This document shows, one piece after another, positions 13,469-26,749 of a stretch of 64,000 nucleotides of DNA. A program made the translations under genes and the position numbers. This stretch comes from Octopus vulgaris (taxonomy: Eukaryota): contig OX597840.1 of assembly GCA_951406725.2 (NCBI GenBank), positions 27,218,001-27,282,000 of the forward strand, written 5' to 3'. The notes beneath the pieces are model-generated. The model worked only from the letters and a program-made list of their open reading frames with translations. It had not been told where the DNA came from and searched no databases. Each line of letters opens with the position of its first letter. Position 1 is the stretch's first letter.

Positions 13469-13880
13469 GGCGGCGAGCTGGCAGAAACGTTAGCACGCCG
13501 GGCGAAATGCGTAGCTGTATTTCGTCTGCCGTTATGTTCTGAGTTCAAATTCCGCCGAAGTCGACTTTGCCTTTCATCCTTTCGGGGTCGATTAAATAAG
13601 TACCAGTTACGCACTGGGGTCGATATAATCGACTTAATCCGTGTCTGTCCTTGTTTGTCCTTTCTGTGTTTAGCCCCTTGTGGGTAGTAAAGAAATAGGT
13701 ATTTCGTCTGCTTTTATGTTCTGAGTTCAAATTCCGCCGAGGTCAACTTTGCCTTTCATCCTTTCGGGGTCGATTAAATAAAGTACCAGTTTTGCACTGG
13801 AGTCGATGTAATCGACTTAATCCATTTTTCTGTCCTTGTTTGTCCCCTCTGTGTTTGGTCCCTTGTGGGTAGTAAAAAAA
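13469..13880 (+). mobile_element. SINE family A, full head plus second unit
   Basis: GGCGGCGAGCTGGCAGAAACGTTAGC (A-box region) and GAGTTCAAATTC (B-box-like). The central motif resembles, from recall, the Deu/Nin SINE domain. Confidence 0.88.
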
Positions 13881-13929
13881 TATATATTAATCACTGTTTG
13901 GTGCAGTAACCCGGGGCACTGATATTTGA

Positions 13930-14098
13930 GGTGTAAGCGTGGCTGTGTAGTAAGAAGCTTGCTTCCCAACAACATGGTTGTGGGTTCAGTCCCAAAGTGT
14001 GGTACCTTTGGCAAGTGTCTTCTACTATAAGCCTCGGGCTAACCAAAGCTTTGTGAGTGGATTTGGTAGACGGAAACTGAAAGAAGCCCATCGCATAT

Positions 14099-14152
<54 letters not shown>

Positions 14153-14840
14153 TTGTGTGTTTGTTTGTCTCCCGGTCGTCACTTGAAAACCGGTGATGGT
14201 GTGTCTATGTCCCCGTAACTTAGCATTTCGGCAAAAGTGTCCGATAGAATAAATACTAAGCTTACAAAGAATAAGTCCTGGGGGTAGATTTCTTCGACTA
14301 AAAACCCCTTTAAGGGGGTGCTCCAGCATAGCCGCAGTCAAATGACTGAAACAATTAAAAGAAGAAAAGAATATATATAAGACAAGAAATGGAGCAACAA
14401 TTAACAATTAACAAAAGTTGATCATAGGTGCAGGAGTGGCTGTGTGGTAAGTAGCTTGCTTACCAACCACATGGTTCCAGGTTCAGTCCCACTGCGTGGC
14501 ATCTTGGGCAAGTGTCTTCTACTATAGCCTCGGGCCGACCAATGCCTCGTGAGTGGATTTGGTAGACGGAAACTGAAAGAATCCCGTCGTATATATGTAT
14601 ATATATGTATGTATGTATGTGTGTGTGTGTGTGTTTGTGTTTGTCCCCCTAGCATTGCTTGACAACCGATGCTAGTGTGTTTATGTCCCCGTCACTTAGC
14701 GGTTCGGCAAAAGAGATCGATGGAATAAGTACTGGGCTTACAAGGAATAAGTCCCGGGGTCGAGTTACTCGATTAAAGGCCGTGCTCCAGCATGGCCGCA
14801 GTCAAAAGACTGAAACAAGTAAAAGAGTAAAAGAGTAAAA
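13930..14840 (+). mobile_element. Two consecutive SINE family B copies (13930-14370, 14427-14840)
   Basis: Full head-body-microsatellite-tail structure; the second copy ends in (GTAAAAGA)n. Confidence 0.88.
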
Positions 14841-14870
14841 AGAGAGAGAGTATTAGTATTGAATTATTAT

Positions 14871-15060
14871 AGTTTAATTATGGTTAAATCCTTAAAATCC
14901 TTTAAAATGTTTCAGCCCGAAGGCCGCGGCCATGCTGGAGCATAATATTTACAGCTGTTTCAGTTTGTTATTTGTGAGGTAAGCCTACGTTTATCTCGTT
15001 CCCATGTAACAAATATCATCAGGATTATTTGAACTTTACCGGAGGAATATTGACAGGAGA
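14871..15060 (-). mobile_element. Penelope-like module with a hammerhead motif (left arm of an inverted pair)
   Basis: Minus strand: CTGATGA-TATTTGTTA...TAACAAACT-GAAACAGCTGTA; inverted homologue at 15766-15892. Confidence 0.6.
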
Positions 15061-15111
15061 TGGAATTCATTCATCTATTTGAAGCAACTGTACACACACG
15101 TGCCATCTTTT

Positions 15112-15673
15112 AACGAGCGTCGGCTGCAGGGTCACTCCGAAAAGCTCTATCTGCGACGATTTCATCTCAATCGAAGGAGAGAGCGCTTTCTCCGTCCGGG
15201 TTGCGGATCCGTGGAATAAGCTGCCGGACGAGATAGTGAAGATGTCGACGACTGCTCGGTTCAAAGTCTCTCTTGACCAGAAATGGCTTGAACTCTTTGC
15301 ATGAACACCCTCTCTGTACATAACTCCCTGTCCCCTTACATGGCCTCACAACATCATAAGCGGAAAGTGTAACCTCTCGAAAGAGCTGTTCTTCACTCCT
15401 GCTCCAGAGCATCGGCTGCGGGGTCACTCCGAAAAGCTCTATCTGCGACGATTTCATCTCAATCGAAGGAGAGGGTGCTTTCTCCGTCCGGGTTGCGGAT
15501 CCGTGGAATAAGCTGCCGGACGAGATAGTGAAGATGCCGACGACCGCTCGGTTCAAAGTCTCTTTTGACCAGAAATGGCCTGAACTCTTTGCATGAACAC
15601 CCTCCCTGTACATAACTCCATGTCCCCCTACATGGCCTTGCCTTTTGCTTTTTGAGCCAAATAATTAACTTAA
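15112..15673 (+). mobile_element. Tandem duplicated 3' end of a CR1/L2-type LINE (292-bp period)
   Basis: Translates to RLRGHSEKLYLRRFHLNRRR / AFSVRVADPWNKLPDEIVKMPTTARFKVSFDQKW, the typical CR1-group ORF2 C-terminus (RGH..KL, FS.RV...WN.LP, FK..LD). Homologous positions at 15121 and 15413. Confidence 0.85.
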
Positions 15674-15765
15674 CGACGCAAAAATATAAATCTAAAGACA
15701 TAACAAACCTTTTCCTTTTCCTTTTTCTTTTTCTTTTCTCCTTTTTTCTCCTGTCAACCTTCGAT

Positions 15766-15892
15766 CTCTTGTCAATATTCCTCTGGTAAAGCTCAAATCA
15801 TTCTTATGAAGTTTGTTATATGGAACGAGGTAAACCTAAAAAAATAACACACTGAAACAGTTGTAAATGTTATCTTAACCATAATTAAACTA
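15766..15892 (+). mobile_element. Penelope-like module with a hammerhead motif (right arm of the inverted pair)
   Basis: CATT-CTTATGA-AGTTTGTTA...TAACACACT-GAAACAGTTGTA-AATG at 15799-15869. Confidence 0.6.
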
Positions 15893-16661
15893 CGTTCGTC
15901 TGGTCTTAGATCTTATAAGCTAAACACGTTTCGCGTCCCCAATTCTGGTCGATGAAGTAGTCACTGCGCGCCATATATCGATCAGGTTAGTGATCGAAAT
16001 GTTCTTTGGAAAGCATATGGAAGCCTCTTCAAGCTTTAGAACAAACAAAAGCATCTTCAAGACTTCCCCCAACATGACTGCAATCCTATGACTGAAACAA
16101 GTAAAGAATAAATGATAAAATGATATTACACTTATCCTACTCCGTTCCGCGATATGTCCTTAAGAAAGGAGGTACTCTTGCTTTTAACTTACATTTACCA
16201 TGTCGTCTTTTCCAGGATACGAATTATATCGAACACCTCTCTCTGACTAGCAACGCTAGTAAAAATTCTCCTAATGCTCATATTATTAACACTATATGAA
16301 TGGCTTTGGTTTTATTTGTTAAAGTGCAAATGTCTACAGCGACTGCTCCTTCTTATATATTCAATATATTCATTTTCTTTACACTATTTATGATTTTCTT
16401 AAACATTGTGTTACCGTTATCAAAATTTTTGTTTAAAACTATTTATGGAACTTTCCAGTGTTCCCTCGCTAGCGCTTAGAAAAATATCTTTACTGCTATT
16501 CCAGAAGAAAACATTTGAATAACGAGTAAAGAAACGTCGGTAAAAATTTAATCGATAAAAGTGTCCACAAACAAACCTGTCTTACCTCCCAAAAAATATA
16601 CGGAATAACAGCAACAACAACAACAGCAACAACAACAACAACAACAATAATAATAACAATA

Positions 16662-16727
<66 letters not shown>

Positions 16728-16943
16728 GTAACAATAATAATAATAATTAAAATAATGAGAAGGGTTGGGGGAGATCATAATAAGAAATACTTTTTTATGG
16801 TTGTATGTAATAATATATATATATATATACCCATATATATATTTATATATGTGTGTGTACGTGTGTGTATGTATATGCAAATATATATATGTATGTATAC
16901 ATGTATATATATATTATGTATTATATAAATATATGTATATATG

Positions 16944-16998
<55 letters not shown>

Positions 16999-16999
16999 T

Positions 17000-17047
<48 letters not shown>

Positions 17048-17454
17048 CATACATATATATATTCGATTATAAATGTTAGGGTTGTCTCATAATTGCACTA
17101 CTGTTTTTCCGCTCCAAAAACTAATCTATCTTCACTGTGTGCCCACAATTGCAATTCATTAAGTTTGGTTTTTTTTCTCCACCAGCACAATCGAATTTCT
17201 TTATACAATACCACGCCAATGACCTGCATGCCTCTCCACCACATTCCTCCTTCGTTCAAACCTGCCTCGCTGACACGCACCGCCGCCGTACATATATACT
17301 TAACCAACCGTTCCCCACCACCGTTTGTACATGCCTATTTACGAGACATCACCATCGTCGTATATACAATGGAAGCAGTTTCTTCTTCGACTTCATTTTT
17401 TGTATTTAATTATCTGCTTCTTCGTTTGTCTGTTTTTTCTTGTTGCTGTTGTTG

Positions 17455-17574
17455 TTCTTCTATATCTTCTTCTTCTTCTTCTTCTTCTTCTTCTTCTTCT
17501 TCTTCTTCTTCTACTTCGTTTTTTCTTCTTCTTCTACTTCGTTTTCTTCTTCTTCATCCTCTTCTCCATCTTCT

Positions 17575-17629
<55 letters not shown>

Positions 17630-17736
17630 GTTCATCGCCTTCATCTTCTTCTTCTTCTTCTTCTTCTTCTCCATCTTCTTCTTATTCTTCTTCTTCCTCT
17701 TCTTCTTCTTGTTCATCGCCTTCATCTTCTTCTTTT

Positions 17737-17771
<35 letters not shown>

Positions 17772-18038
17772 TTCCTCTTCTTTTTCTTCTTGTTCATCTC
17801 CTTCTTCTTCTTCTTCTTCTTCTTCTTTTTCTTCTTCTCTATCTTCTTCTTCTTCTTCTTCTTCTTTCTTTCTTTCTTTCTTTCTTTCGTTCCTTCTCTG
17901 TTTCCCACAACAAAAGACCACTTATCTTTTCTGTGGTTATTTCTAAGTCCAATTACCAAATTCTATCGATTTTTCCCTCAAATATTTATAACAGCAACAA
18001 CAACAACGACAACAACAAACAGCAACAGCAACAATAAC

Positions 18039-18108
<70 letters not shown>

Positions 18109-18228
18109 TAAACAACATATCAAATGTTAATAAAAATAGGTTACGTTGGTTGTAATTAATGAAATTGTAGTCTGACAGAATAACAACAACGCCGACGACG
18201 ACGATAATAATAATAATAATAATAATAA

Positions 18229-18259
<31 letters not shown>

Positions 18260-18300
18260 AAGAAGAAGAAGAAGAAGAAGAAGAAGAAGAAGAATAGAAG
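17455..18300. repeat. (TTC)n, (TAA)n and (GAA)n tracts
   Basis: Direct reading. Confidence 0.95.
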
Positions 18301-18483
18301 TAACAACACTAATTTGTCAAATAATAAAAATAATGATAATGATGATGACGATGGTGATGACGATGACGATGACGATGATGATGACGATGATCTTGATATC
18401 TTTCATAGGCCACAAAACCTAAGACATTGAGGACTACATCAATCAACGAAATACAGGATACTCACACACACACACACACATAC

Positions 18484-18557
<74 letters not shown>

Positions 18558-18621
18558 AAGAAGAAGAAGAAGAAGAAGAAGAAGAAGAAGAAGAAGAAGA
18601 AGAAGAAGAAGAAGAAGAAGA

Positions 18622-19528
18622 ATGATACTGCATGAACAGTATATACATCGAAACCGAAATGCTGATGTAGACCAAACAACAGCCCATCAGCGGCTGAGAA
18701 GCTCAGGGCTGAAAGCAGAGACTGAAGGTTTCATATTGGCGGCACAAGATCAAAGCTTGCTTACCAAAAACTACCTGCCTAAAGTTCTTCAAAATGGTTC
18801 TGACCCTAAATGCAGATATTGCGATAAATTTGATGAAAAAATAGGCCATCTCGTCTCAGGAAGTCCTGTGCTGACACCAAACGAATACAAAAATCGCCGC
18901 GATAGGGTATAAAATTATTTACATTGGAAAATATGTAAACACTACAAAATCAACGCTCTTGTTTACTGGTATGGACATCATCATGCGCCAGTGGTTGAAG
19001 GTAAAACTGTCACTATCCTCTGGGATTTTCCAGTCAACACCGACAGAACGATCCAGGCTAATCGACCAGACATAGTCATCAAAGACAAGGAGGAAAATAC
19101 TTGTAGATTAATAGATGTAAGTGTTCCCACTGTTACAAATATATCTGTGAAGGAATTTGACAAATTAAGTGAATATAAGGACCAGGAAATTGAATTACAA
19201 AAGATGTGGCATCTTAAAGCGAGAACTGTTCCTGTTATTGTGGGTGCCCTTGGTATGATAAGAAAGGGAAGTCAGAAACATCTAGATAATATCCCAGGAG
19301 AACCATGAGTCAGAGAAATCCAAAAGACTGCGCTGAGAAGTATTGCCCACTTCCTTAGTAAAACCATATCAATGTCTGTGTTGTTTTACATGAAGATATT
19401 TCGCTACTGTCCCTGCCACTCACACCACCTCCTCTTCCAAAGCTTTCAATCATGCTTACACTACACTCATCCTAGAACACTGGGTGTGTCTCGGCGAGTG
19501 ATTGTAACAAATATGCAGATTAAAAGTA

Positions 19529-19530
<2 letters not shown>
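18622..19530 (+). mobile_element. 5'-truncated R4/Dong-clade RLE LINE (pseudogenised C-terminal region plus 3' UTR)
   Basis: One frame with two in-frame stops (18910, 19306): LKAETEGFILAAQDQ, zinc knuckle CRYC...HLVSG(S), YKNR(R)DRV, ILWDFPVNTDRTIQANRPDIV, LIDVSVP, K..Y endonuclease motifs, VPVIVGALG. Ends in (TAA)n. Confidence 0.92.
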
Positions 19531-19581
<51 letters not shown>

Positions 19582-19583
<2 letters not shown>

Positions 19584-20089
19584 TCGATATAAATGTATCT
19601 GTCAAGTCGATATAAACGTATTTATCAAATCGATATAAACATATCTGTAAAATCGATATAAACGTATCTGTCAAGACCTACCAAAAACTGAGCAAGTATA
19701 AAAATCTTGAAATAGAAATCAGCAAAATGTGGAACCACCCCCAGTGCTTGAAAATGACCACATCTCACTCCTCTGGAACTTCACCATTCAAACTGACAGA
19801 AAGATAGATGCAAATAGGCCAGACATCATATTGAAAGACTTCAAACAAAGAACATGCCTCCTCATTGATATGACTGTCCCAATCGATATAAATATATCTG
19901 TCAAGACCTACCAAAAACTGAGCAAATATAAAGATCTTGAAATAGAAATCAGCAAAATGTGGAACCTGAAGACTAAAACAATACCTGTTGTCATAGGTGC
20001 CCTGGGAATGATAGAAAAAGGAGCTGATTGCTACCTAGCTCAGATACCAGGAAACCCCAAAATGGCAGAAATTCAAAAGATAGTGCTCA
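19582..20089 (+). mobile_element. Second R4/Dong-type RLE fragment with a stuttered 5' junction
   Basis: ORF 19729: LLWNFTIQTDRKIDANRPDIILKD...LIDMTVP...KLSKYKDLEIEISKMW...IPVVIGALG. Preceded by four copies of a 23-bp unit and an ~85-bp duplication. Confidence 0.9.
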
Positions 20090-20642
20090 AGGATCACTGT
20101 AATACCGATAAACTCGATGTTATGGTCAGTCAGGTTTCTCGTTGGGTTCGTTTAAGATGGGTTGCGGTGGTGACAAGAGGCAAGACGAATAGGACAACCG
20201 ATAAGTGAATCGCAAGTACTTCACTGGACGGTGGTTCCAGAGCAACCGGCAGTTTCGAGGCTTAGGGGTCACTGTAATACCGATGAAAACAGGGTAAAGC
20301 AATGAGTCAGCAGAACCGTAAATTAGATGACGGGGTGTGGTGGAGTGTGACGTCAAATTAATGAATCATGTGATTGTTTATTGAACGGTTTATTGATCTG
20401 TTGGACATACTTTACTAATTAAGTGTTAAATAATTCATTGTAATTATCTTTTGATTTTAATTGCTGAAACGATAAAATAACACGATATGTATGTTTATTA
20501 ATTAGTCGACCAACGAGTAATTGCGTTTCGTTTTGTATTTCATAAATTAATAGCCTGAGACGATTGATGCCAATCACTTGAAATGTCTGAGAAGTCGAAA
20601 TTAAAAGAAAAAAACGTGCACACAAACGCGCATGCGTACATA

Positions 20643-21222
20643 GGCGCAGGAGTGGCTGTGTGGTAAGTAGCTTGCTAACCAACCACATGGTTCCGGGTTC
20701 AGTCCCACTGCGTGGCATCTTGGGCAAGTGTCTTCTGCTATAGCTCCGGGCCTACCAAAGCCTTGTGAGTGGATTTGGTAGATGGAAACTGAAAGAAGCC
20801 TGTCGTATATATATATATATATAAGCGCAGGAGTGGCTGTGTGGTAAGTAGCTTGTTTACCAGCCACATGGTTCCGGGTTCAGTCACACTGCGTGGCACC
20901 TTGGGCAAGTGTCTTCTGCTATAGCCTCAGGCCGACCAAAGCCTTGTGAGTGAATTTGGTAGACGGAAACTGAAAGAAGCCCGTCATATATGTATATATA
21001 TATATATATGTATGTGTATATGTTTGTATGTCTGTGTTTGTCCCCCTAGCATTGCTTGACAACCGATGCTGGTGTGTTTACGTCCCCGTAACTTAGCGAT
21101 TCGGCAAAAGAGGCCGATAGAATAAGTACAGGGCTTACAAAGAATAAGTCCCGGGGTCGATTTGCTCGACTGAAGGCGGTGCTCCAGCATGGCCGCAGTC
21201 AAATGACTGAAACAAGTAAAAG
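20643..21222 (+). mobile_element. SINE family B: 5' half (20643-20806) followed by a full copy (20825-21222)
   Basis: Two heads separated by (TA)n, with one tail. Confidence 0.88.
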
Positions 21223-21233
21223 CGTATACACAT

Positions 21234-21269
<36 letters not shown>

Positions 21270-21331
21270 ACGCATAGCTTTTACTTTTGGTAGGCACTGG
21301 TTTCCGGCTTTGTTGGGACACCGCTTAGAGT

Positions 21332-21552
21332 GGAGGCGCGTGGCTTAGTGGTTAGGGTGTCAGCATCATGATCGTAAAATTGTGGTTTCGATTCCTGGAC
21401 CGAGAGACGCGTTGTGTTCTTGAACAAAAGACTTCATTTCACGTTGCTCCAGTCCACTCAGCTGGCGAAAATGAGTAACGCTGCGATGAACTGGCGTCCC
21501 GTCCAGCTGGGGAACACATACGCCATTGAAACAGGGAAACCGCTTTAGAAGG
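21332..21552 (+). mobile_element. SINE family C
   Basis: Matches 1374-1612. Confidence 0.85.
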
Positions 21553-22116
21553 TTTAAGTCGAACGCATTTAACCCGGTAGTTATTCTATCGATCTCTTTT
21601 TGTCGAACCGCTAGCATCGGGTGACGTTGAAAAACCAGCAGCGCATGTATATAATGGAAAACAGCGGAAGTAGAGAAAGAAAGGGACAACCGCAACGATT
21701 GCAATGATTGCATCCCAATCACGTGGTTCTGGGTTCATATTATATTTTATTGTATGATATATATATATTTTTTTATGAAATAATATTGATATAGTCAACC
21801 GGTTTCGCTTGTGCTAATCAGGATTAAGAATAATGTTACTATTTCATGCTATCACAAGAAGCTTTCATTCCGTTTTAGTAGGCGGAACGATTGTTCCTTT
21901 ATCATCATTATCGCTATTGTAAATTCCGTCTCTGGAGCGACATGTGTTGTTTCTGTGTTTCATTTGCAAACAATCAGATATTTTATTTTATTTGTTTCCT
22001 AAATATTAAACAACAACATCTGTTGTTATCTTATTTACATTCTGGCAAGGTTTTTCCTCTTTTCCTCTTCACATCAGACAAGCAATTTTACTATTTTTGG
22101 ATTAACAGTTGTTGAA

Positions 22117-22150
<34 letters not shown>

Positions 22151-22161
22151 TCTCCCGCCCC

Positions 22162-22231
<70 letters not shown>

Positions 22232-22275
22232 GTTTATCTCCTTCGTTTCAAGTCGACGCTTTTGATTATATCAGT

Positions 22276-23360
22276 TTGACACTCTCTCTTTCTGTCTCTC
22301 TCCCTCTTTCTGTCTCCCTCTTTCTTTCTCTCTCTCTCCTTCTTTCTCTCTCTCTCTCTCTCTTTCTATCTCTCTCCCTCTTTCTGCTTCTCTCTCTCTC
22401 TCTCTCTCTTTGTTCTCCTCTCCCTTTCGTTGTCTCTCACTCAGTCTCACTCTCTTTTCTTTCCTCTTCTTTCTCATTCTCTCTCTGTCTCTCTTTCTTT
22501 TTCTCTCTCTCTCGTCACTATCTCGTCTCTCTCCCTCTCTTTCATCTCTCTCTCTTTGTTCTCTCTCTCCCTTTCTTTGTCTCTTTTCCTTCCCCTTCTG
22601 TCCCACCTCTCCCTCACTCAGTCTCACTTTCTTTTCTTTCCTCCTCCTTTCTCTCATCCTCTCCCTGTCTCTCTATCTCTCTCTCCCACTCCTACTTTCT
22701 CCTTTTTCCTCTCTCTCTCTCTTTCAAGCTCTCTTTCTCTATCCCCTATCCCTCTCTTCCTCTCTCCTTCTGCCACTAACTCTCATAGTCACTCTCTCTT
22801 TTTACTGTATCTCTGTCTCTATCTCTCTCCTCAAACTCTTTCTATGTCCCTCTTCCCCCTCTCTCTCTCCCACTTTCTCTTTCCCTCTTCCCCTCTCTCT
22901 CTCCCACTTTCTCTTTCCCTCTTCCCTCTCTCTCTCCCACTTTCTCTTCCCTTCTTCCCCCTCTCTCTCTCCCACTTTCTATTTCCCTCTTCCCTCTCTC
23001 TCTCCCACTTTCTCTTCCCCTCTTCCCCCCTCTCTCTCTCCCCACTTTCTCTTCCCCTCTTCCCCCCTCTCTCTCTCCCACTTTCTCTTCCCTCTTCCCC
23101 TCTCTCTCTCCCACTTTCTCTTTCCCTCTTCCCCCTCTCTCTCTCCCACTTTCTCTTCCCTCTTCCCCCTCTCTCTCTACCACTTTCTCTTTCCCTCTTC
23201 TCATTCTCTCCATCTCTCTATCTCTCTTCCATTCCTACTTTCTGCTCTTTCCTCTCTCTCAGTCTCTTTCCCTTTCTCGCTCTCTTTCTCTATCCTCCTA
23301 TCTATTTCTCTATTCCCACCTCCCTCTCTCTATCTCTCTTTCTCTCTCTCTCTCACTTCC
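22276..23360. repeat. Polypyrimidine tract including an ~30-bp minisatellite (CTCTCTCTCCCACTTTCTCTTTCCCTCTTCCC)
   Basis: Direct reading; a similar tract lies at about 62880-63310. Confidence 0.9.
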
Positions 23361-23869
23361 TCACACACACACAATCACATTCCTTCCACATTCTTTAAAT
23401 GCTGTTTACCAAAATATATAACTCTTGTCTTCTTCATTTGAGTCATTTTCACCATATTTTTTTCTTAATTCTATTTTTATCGATAATATTTTTCATTTCC
23501 TTCCATTTTATTTTTCACATTATATTTTTATACGTTCGTGAATTCACATTGAAAAATTTTATACAAAAAATTTTTCAACGTTTTCGTGGTATTGTATTTT
23601 GTGTTGACATATTTTTGTTTATTAAGTTTGAATTTTTTTTTTAAGTATATTTTTGTTCTTTTTTATTTGTTTACTTTTATTTATTTATTTATTTATTTAT
23701 TTGTCTGTCTGTTTGTTTATTCATCTAAGCCAGTTTCAGCCAAGCCATTGTCTGTGTGTCGGCTTTTTGGAAAATTTGGCGAAATTCTTTCAGCATTTCT
23801 ACTCGAAAATTTTTGGAATGAATTGAAAGACGTGTGGATGTTGTCTGTTCAGTGTCCCTTTAGTTCCCG

Positions 23870-23912
<43 letters not shown>

Positions 23913-24079
23913 CTTGTTTTTGTTAAGTTTGGTGTTGTTGTTGTTGGTGGTGGTGGTGGTGGTGGTGGTTGTGGTTGCTTTGCTGTTGCTGCTGTGATTG
24001 TAGCGTCCTACGATATTAATGTTCACTTCGATTACATATAAAGATATGGGGATATATATATATATATATATATATAAGG

Positions 24080-24332
24080 GAATTAAAAATTGGGACAAGA
24101 ACGCAAAACACCCAGACAGCTCGATGATACAAAAAAGGGGCAGCAAAACATTCAGATAGATGATACAAAAGAGGGACAAGAAAAAACGCGGATGGATCAT
24201 TCGAATTTTCTTTCCTCAGGCGAGTTTCCGATTATCTCTGCAATTTCGGCTGGTTATACTCGAGATTGCTCAAATCTGGCCAGCCCCAAGGAAAAACTAA
24301 GCTAAGAGCATTAGATTCCTTGGAAGAAAGCA
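24080..24332. mobile_element. Unclassified (TA)n-embedded interspersed repeat (family E)
   Basis: Shares TGGGACAAGAACGCAAAA and GCAATTTCGGCTG with 28965-29085 and 37460-37580. Its distal part is the reverse complement of about 47995-48048. Confidence 0.6.
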
Positions 24333-24374
24333 GCAAATGTTTATATACCTATACATATGTATATTCATATATAG

Positions 24375-24411
<37 letters not shown>

Positions 24412-24495
24412 TAACTTATGCAGCAAATATATATGTATATGCACACACAAATATGTATATGTGTATATGTGTATGTATATACGCACACATATATG

Positions 24496-24529
<34 letters not shown>

Positions 24530-24694
24530 TGTATTCAAACATAAACATCTGAGGGAATTCAGAAAGCAAACGATAGGTTCGCTGCGGTAACTCGTGTATT
24601 TAGACTATCAGCATCAAGAAGGCCGAAGTTTAATTCCAACCAAGGTCTGGGGAAGAACATACTCAAGACTCAAACGTGATGATAGAAAACAAGC

Positions 24695-25270
24695 CACCCA
24701 GGTGGCTCAGAGCATTTACGCATCTTGGCAGTACAGTAGACGTTAAGGCTGCTCATTGGTGACAAAATCAATGTTAGAATATATAAGACTATAAATGCTT
24801 TTCGAAAGGTTTGCCATCGCTTGTGGTATGAGCATGATGTCAGTCTGAAAACTAAAATAAGTGTATACAAAATCTTGTATTTTGAGCTAACTTTTGTATG
24901 GGGCAGAATCATGGATTCCCTGCTACAGACATATACAGAAACGTGAAACTATCCACGTGCTGTTTGTGCAACATATGCGACATAAAATGGCAAGATAAGA
25001 TGTCCAACGTCAGAATATGATATCTCCGGTCTCCAAAGATATATGATATATCCGGTATCCATACTGATGAGAATTCTGTGCAGATGAGTAGGACATGTTT
25101 GAATGAAAAATTACCGCATTCTAAAAATTCTTCTGTATGGCCAACCAGTAAGAGACGCAGCGGTAAAAAGGAAGACCCATCCTTAGATATAAGGATAAGA
25201 TGCGCAGCAATCATTAAAGTGTCTACAGCTGAATTTGACAACTTAGGGGACGTCATGACCCAGATTGACA
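24695..25270 (+). mobile_element. Highly degraded RTE-clade LINE, RT C-terminal region
   Basis: Frame-broken motifs FTHLGSTV, HRLWYEHDVSLKTKISVYK, LLYGAESW, IKWQDKMSNV, KILLYGQ and GRP.LRYKD are typical of RTE/BovB ORF. Confidence 0.75.
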
Positions 25271-25290
25271 TGCTTGGTGCAAAAGAATTC

Positions 25291-25460
25291 AGGAGTGGCT
25301 GTGTGGTAAGTAGCTTGCTTAGCAACCACATGGTTCCGGGTTCAGTCCCACTACGTGGCACCTTGATCAAGTGTCTTCTACTATAGCCTCGGGCCGACCA
25401 AAGCCTTGTGAGTGGATTTGGTAGACGGAAACTGAAAGAAGCCTGTCGTATATATGTATG

Positions 25461-25522
<62 letters not shown>

Positions 25523-25725
25523 TGTGTTTGTCCCCCCAACATCGCTTGATAACCGATGCTGGTGTGTTTACATCCCCGAGACTTAGCGGTTCGGCAAAAA
25601 GAGACCGATAGAATAAGTACTAGGCTTACAAAGAATAAGTTCTGGGGTCGAGGTGCTCGACTAAAGGCGGTGCTCCAGCATGGCCGCAGTCAAATGACTG
25701 AAACAAGTAAAAGAGTAAAAGAGTA
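25291..25725 (+). mobile_element. SINE family B
   Basis: Full structure. Confidence 0.9.
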
Positions 25726-26146
25726 TGCATCCAAATATTTATGCTGAAGAAAAATAACTATATAGTGATTATATACGGCAACCAAGACACATTAGCTCAA
25801 TCCCATGGAAATGGAAATTCAAAAAACATTAAAGTCCCCGTTGTGCTCCCATAGTAAAATCCATAACTGGACTGAAAATTACCTTCACGCAACCATCGCA
25901 AATATAGGCAACCTCTTTTATTCTTTGTTATTCTCCTATTTTCTCACATTATTTGCTTCCTTTCAATACTCTCCTTCGAACACCCATACTTCACTGCAGC
26001 TCATGGTATCCTAAATCAAACAGGCAATCTATGTATGCGTCTTTTTTAATACGTTGTCTTATTTCCAAAGCCACGTTAGACGCCATGATAGACGTAAGCT
26101 GTAAGTAGAAAGGTTGGTCAGATTCTGCATGTAAGAAGTAGACAAC

Positions 26147-26347
<201 letters not shown>

Positions 26348-26484
26348 TATATATATATAATATATATACTATATATATATACTATATATATATAGTATAT
26401 ATATATGTGTGTGTGTGTGTGTATACTATATATATATATATATATGCATATATATATATATACTATATATATATACCACCTGAC

Positions 26485-26539
<55 letters not shown>

Positions 26540-26708
26540 TAATTTCTCTGAAAGCCTATTGAGTAAAGTAGGCCTCTTTCCTGTGCTCTGATTTTCTGAT
26601 ATTGATAAATGATCGATATTGTTGATAAAAGATCGATATTATTAACATTAAAGTATCTTCGATCTGTTGGGGTCATAGTAGAAAGAGAAGGAAACATTTG
26701 AGAGACAA

Positions 26709-26749
<41 letters not shown>

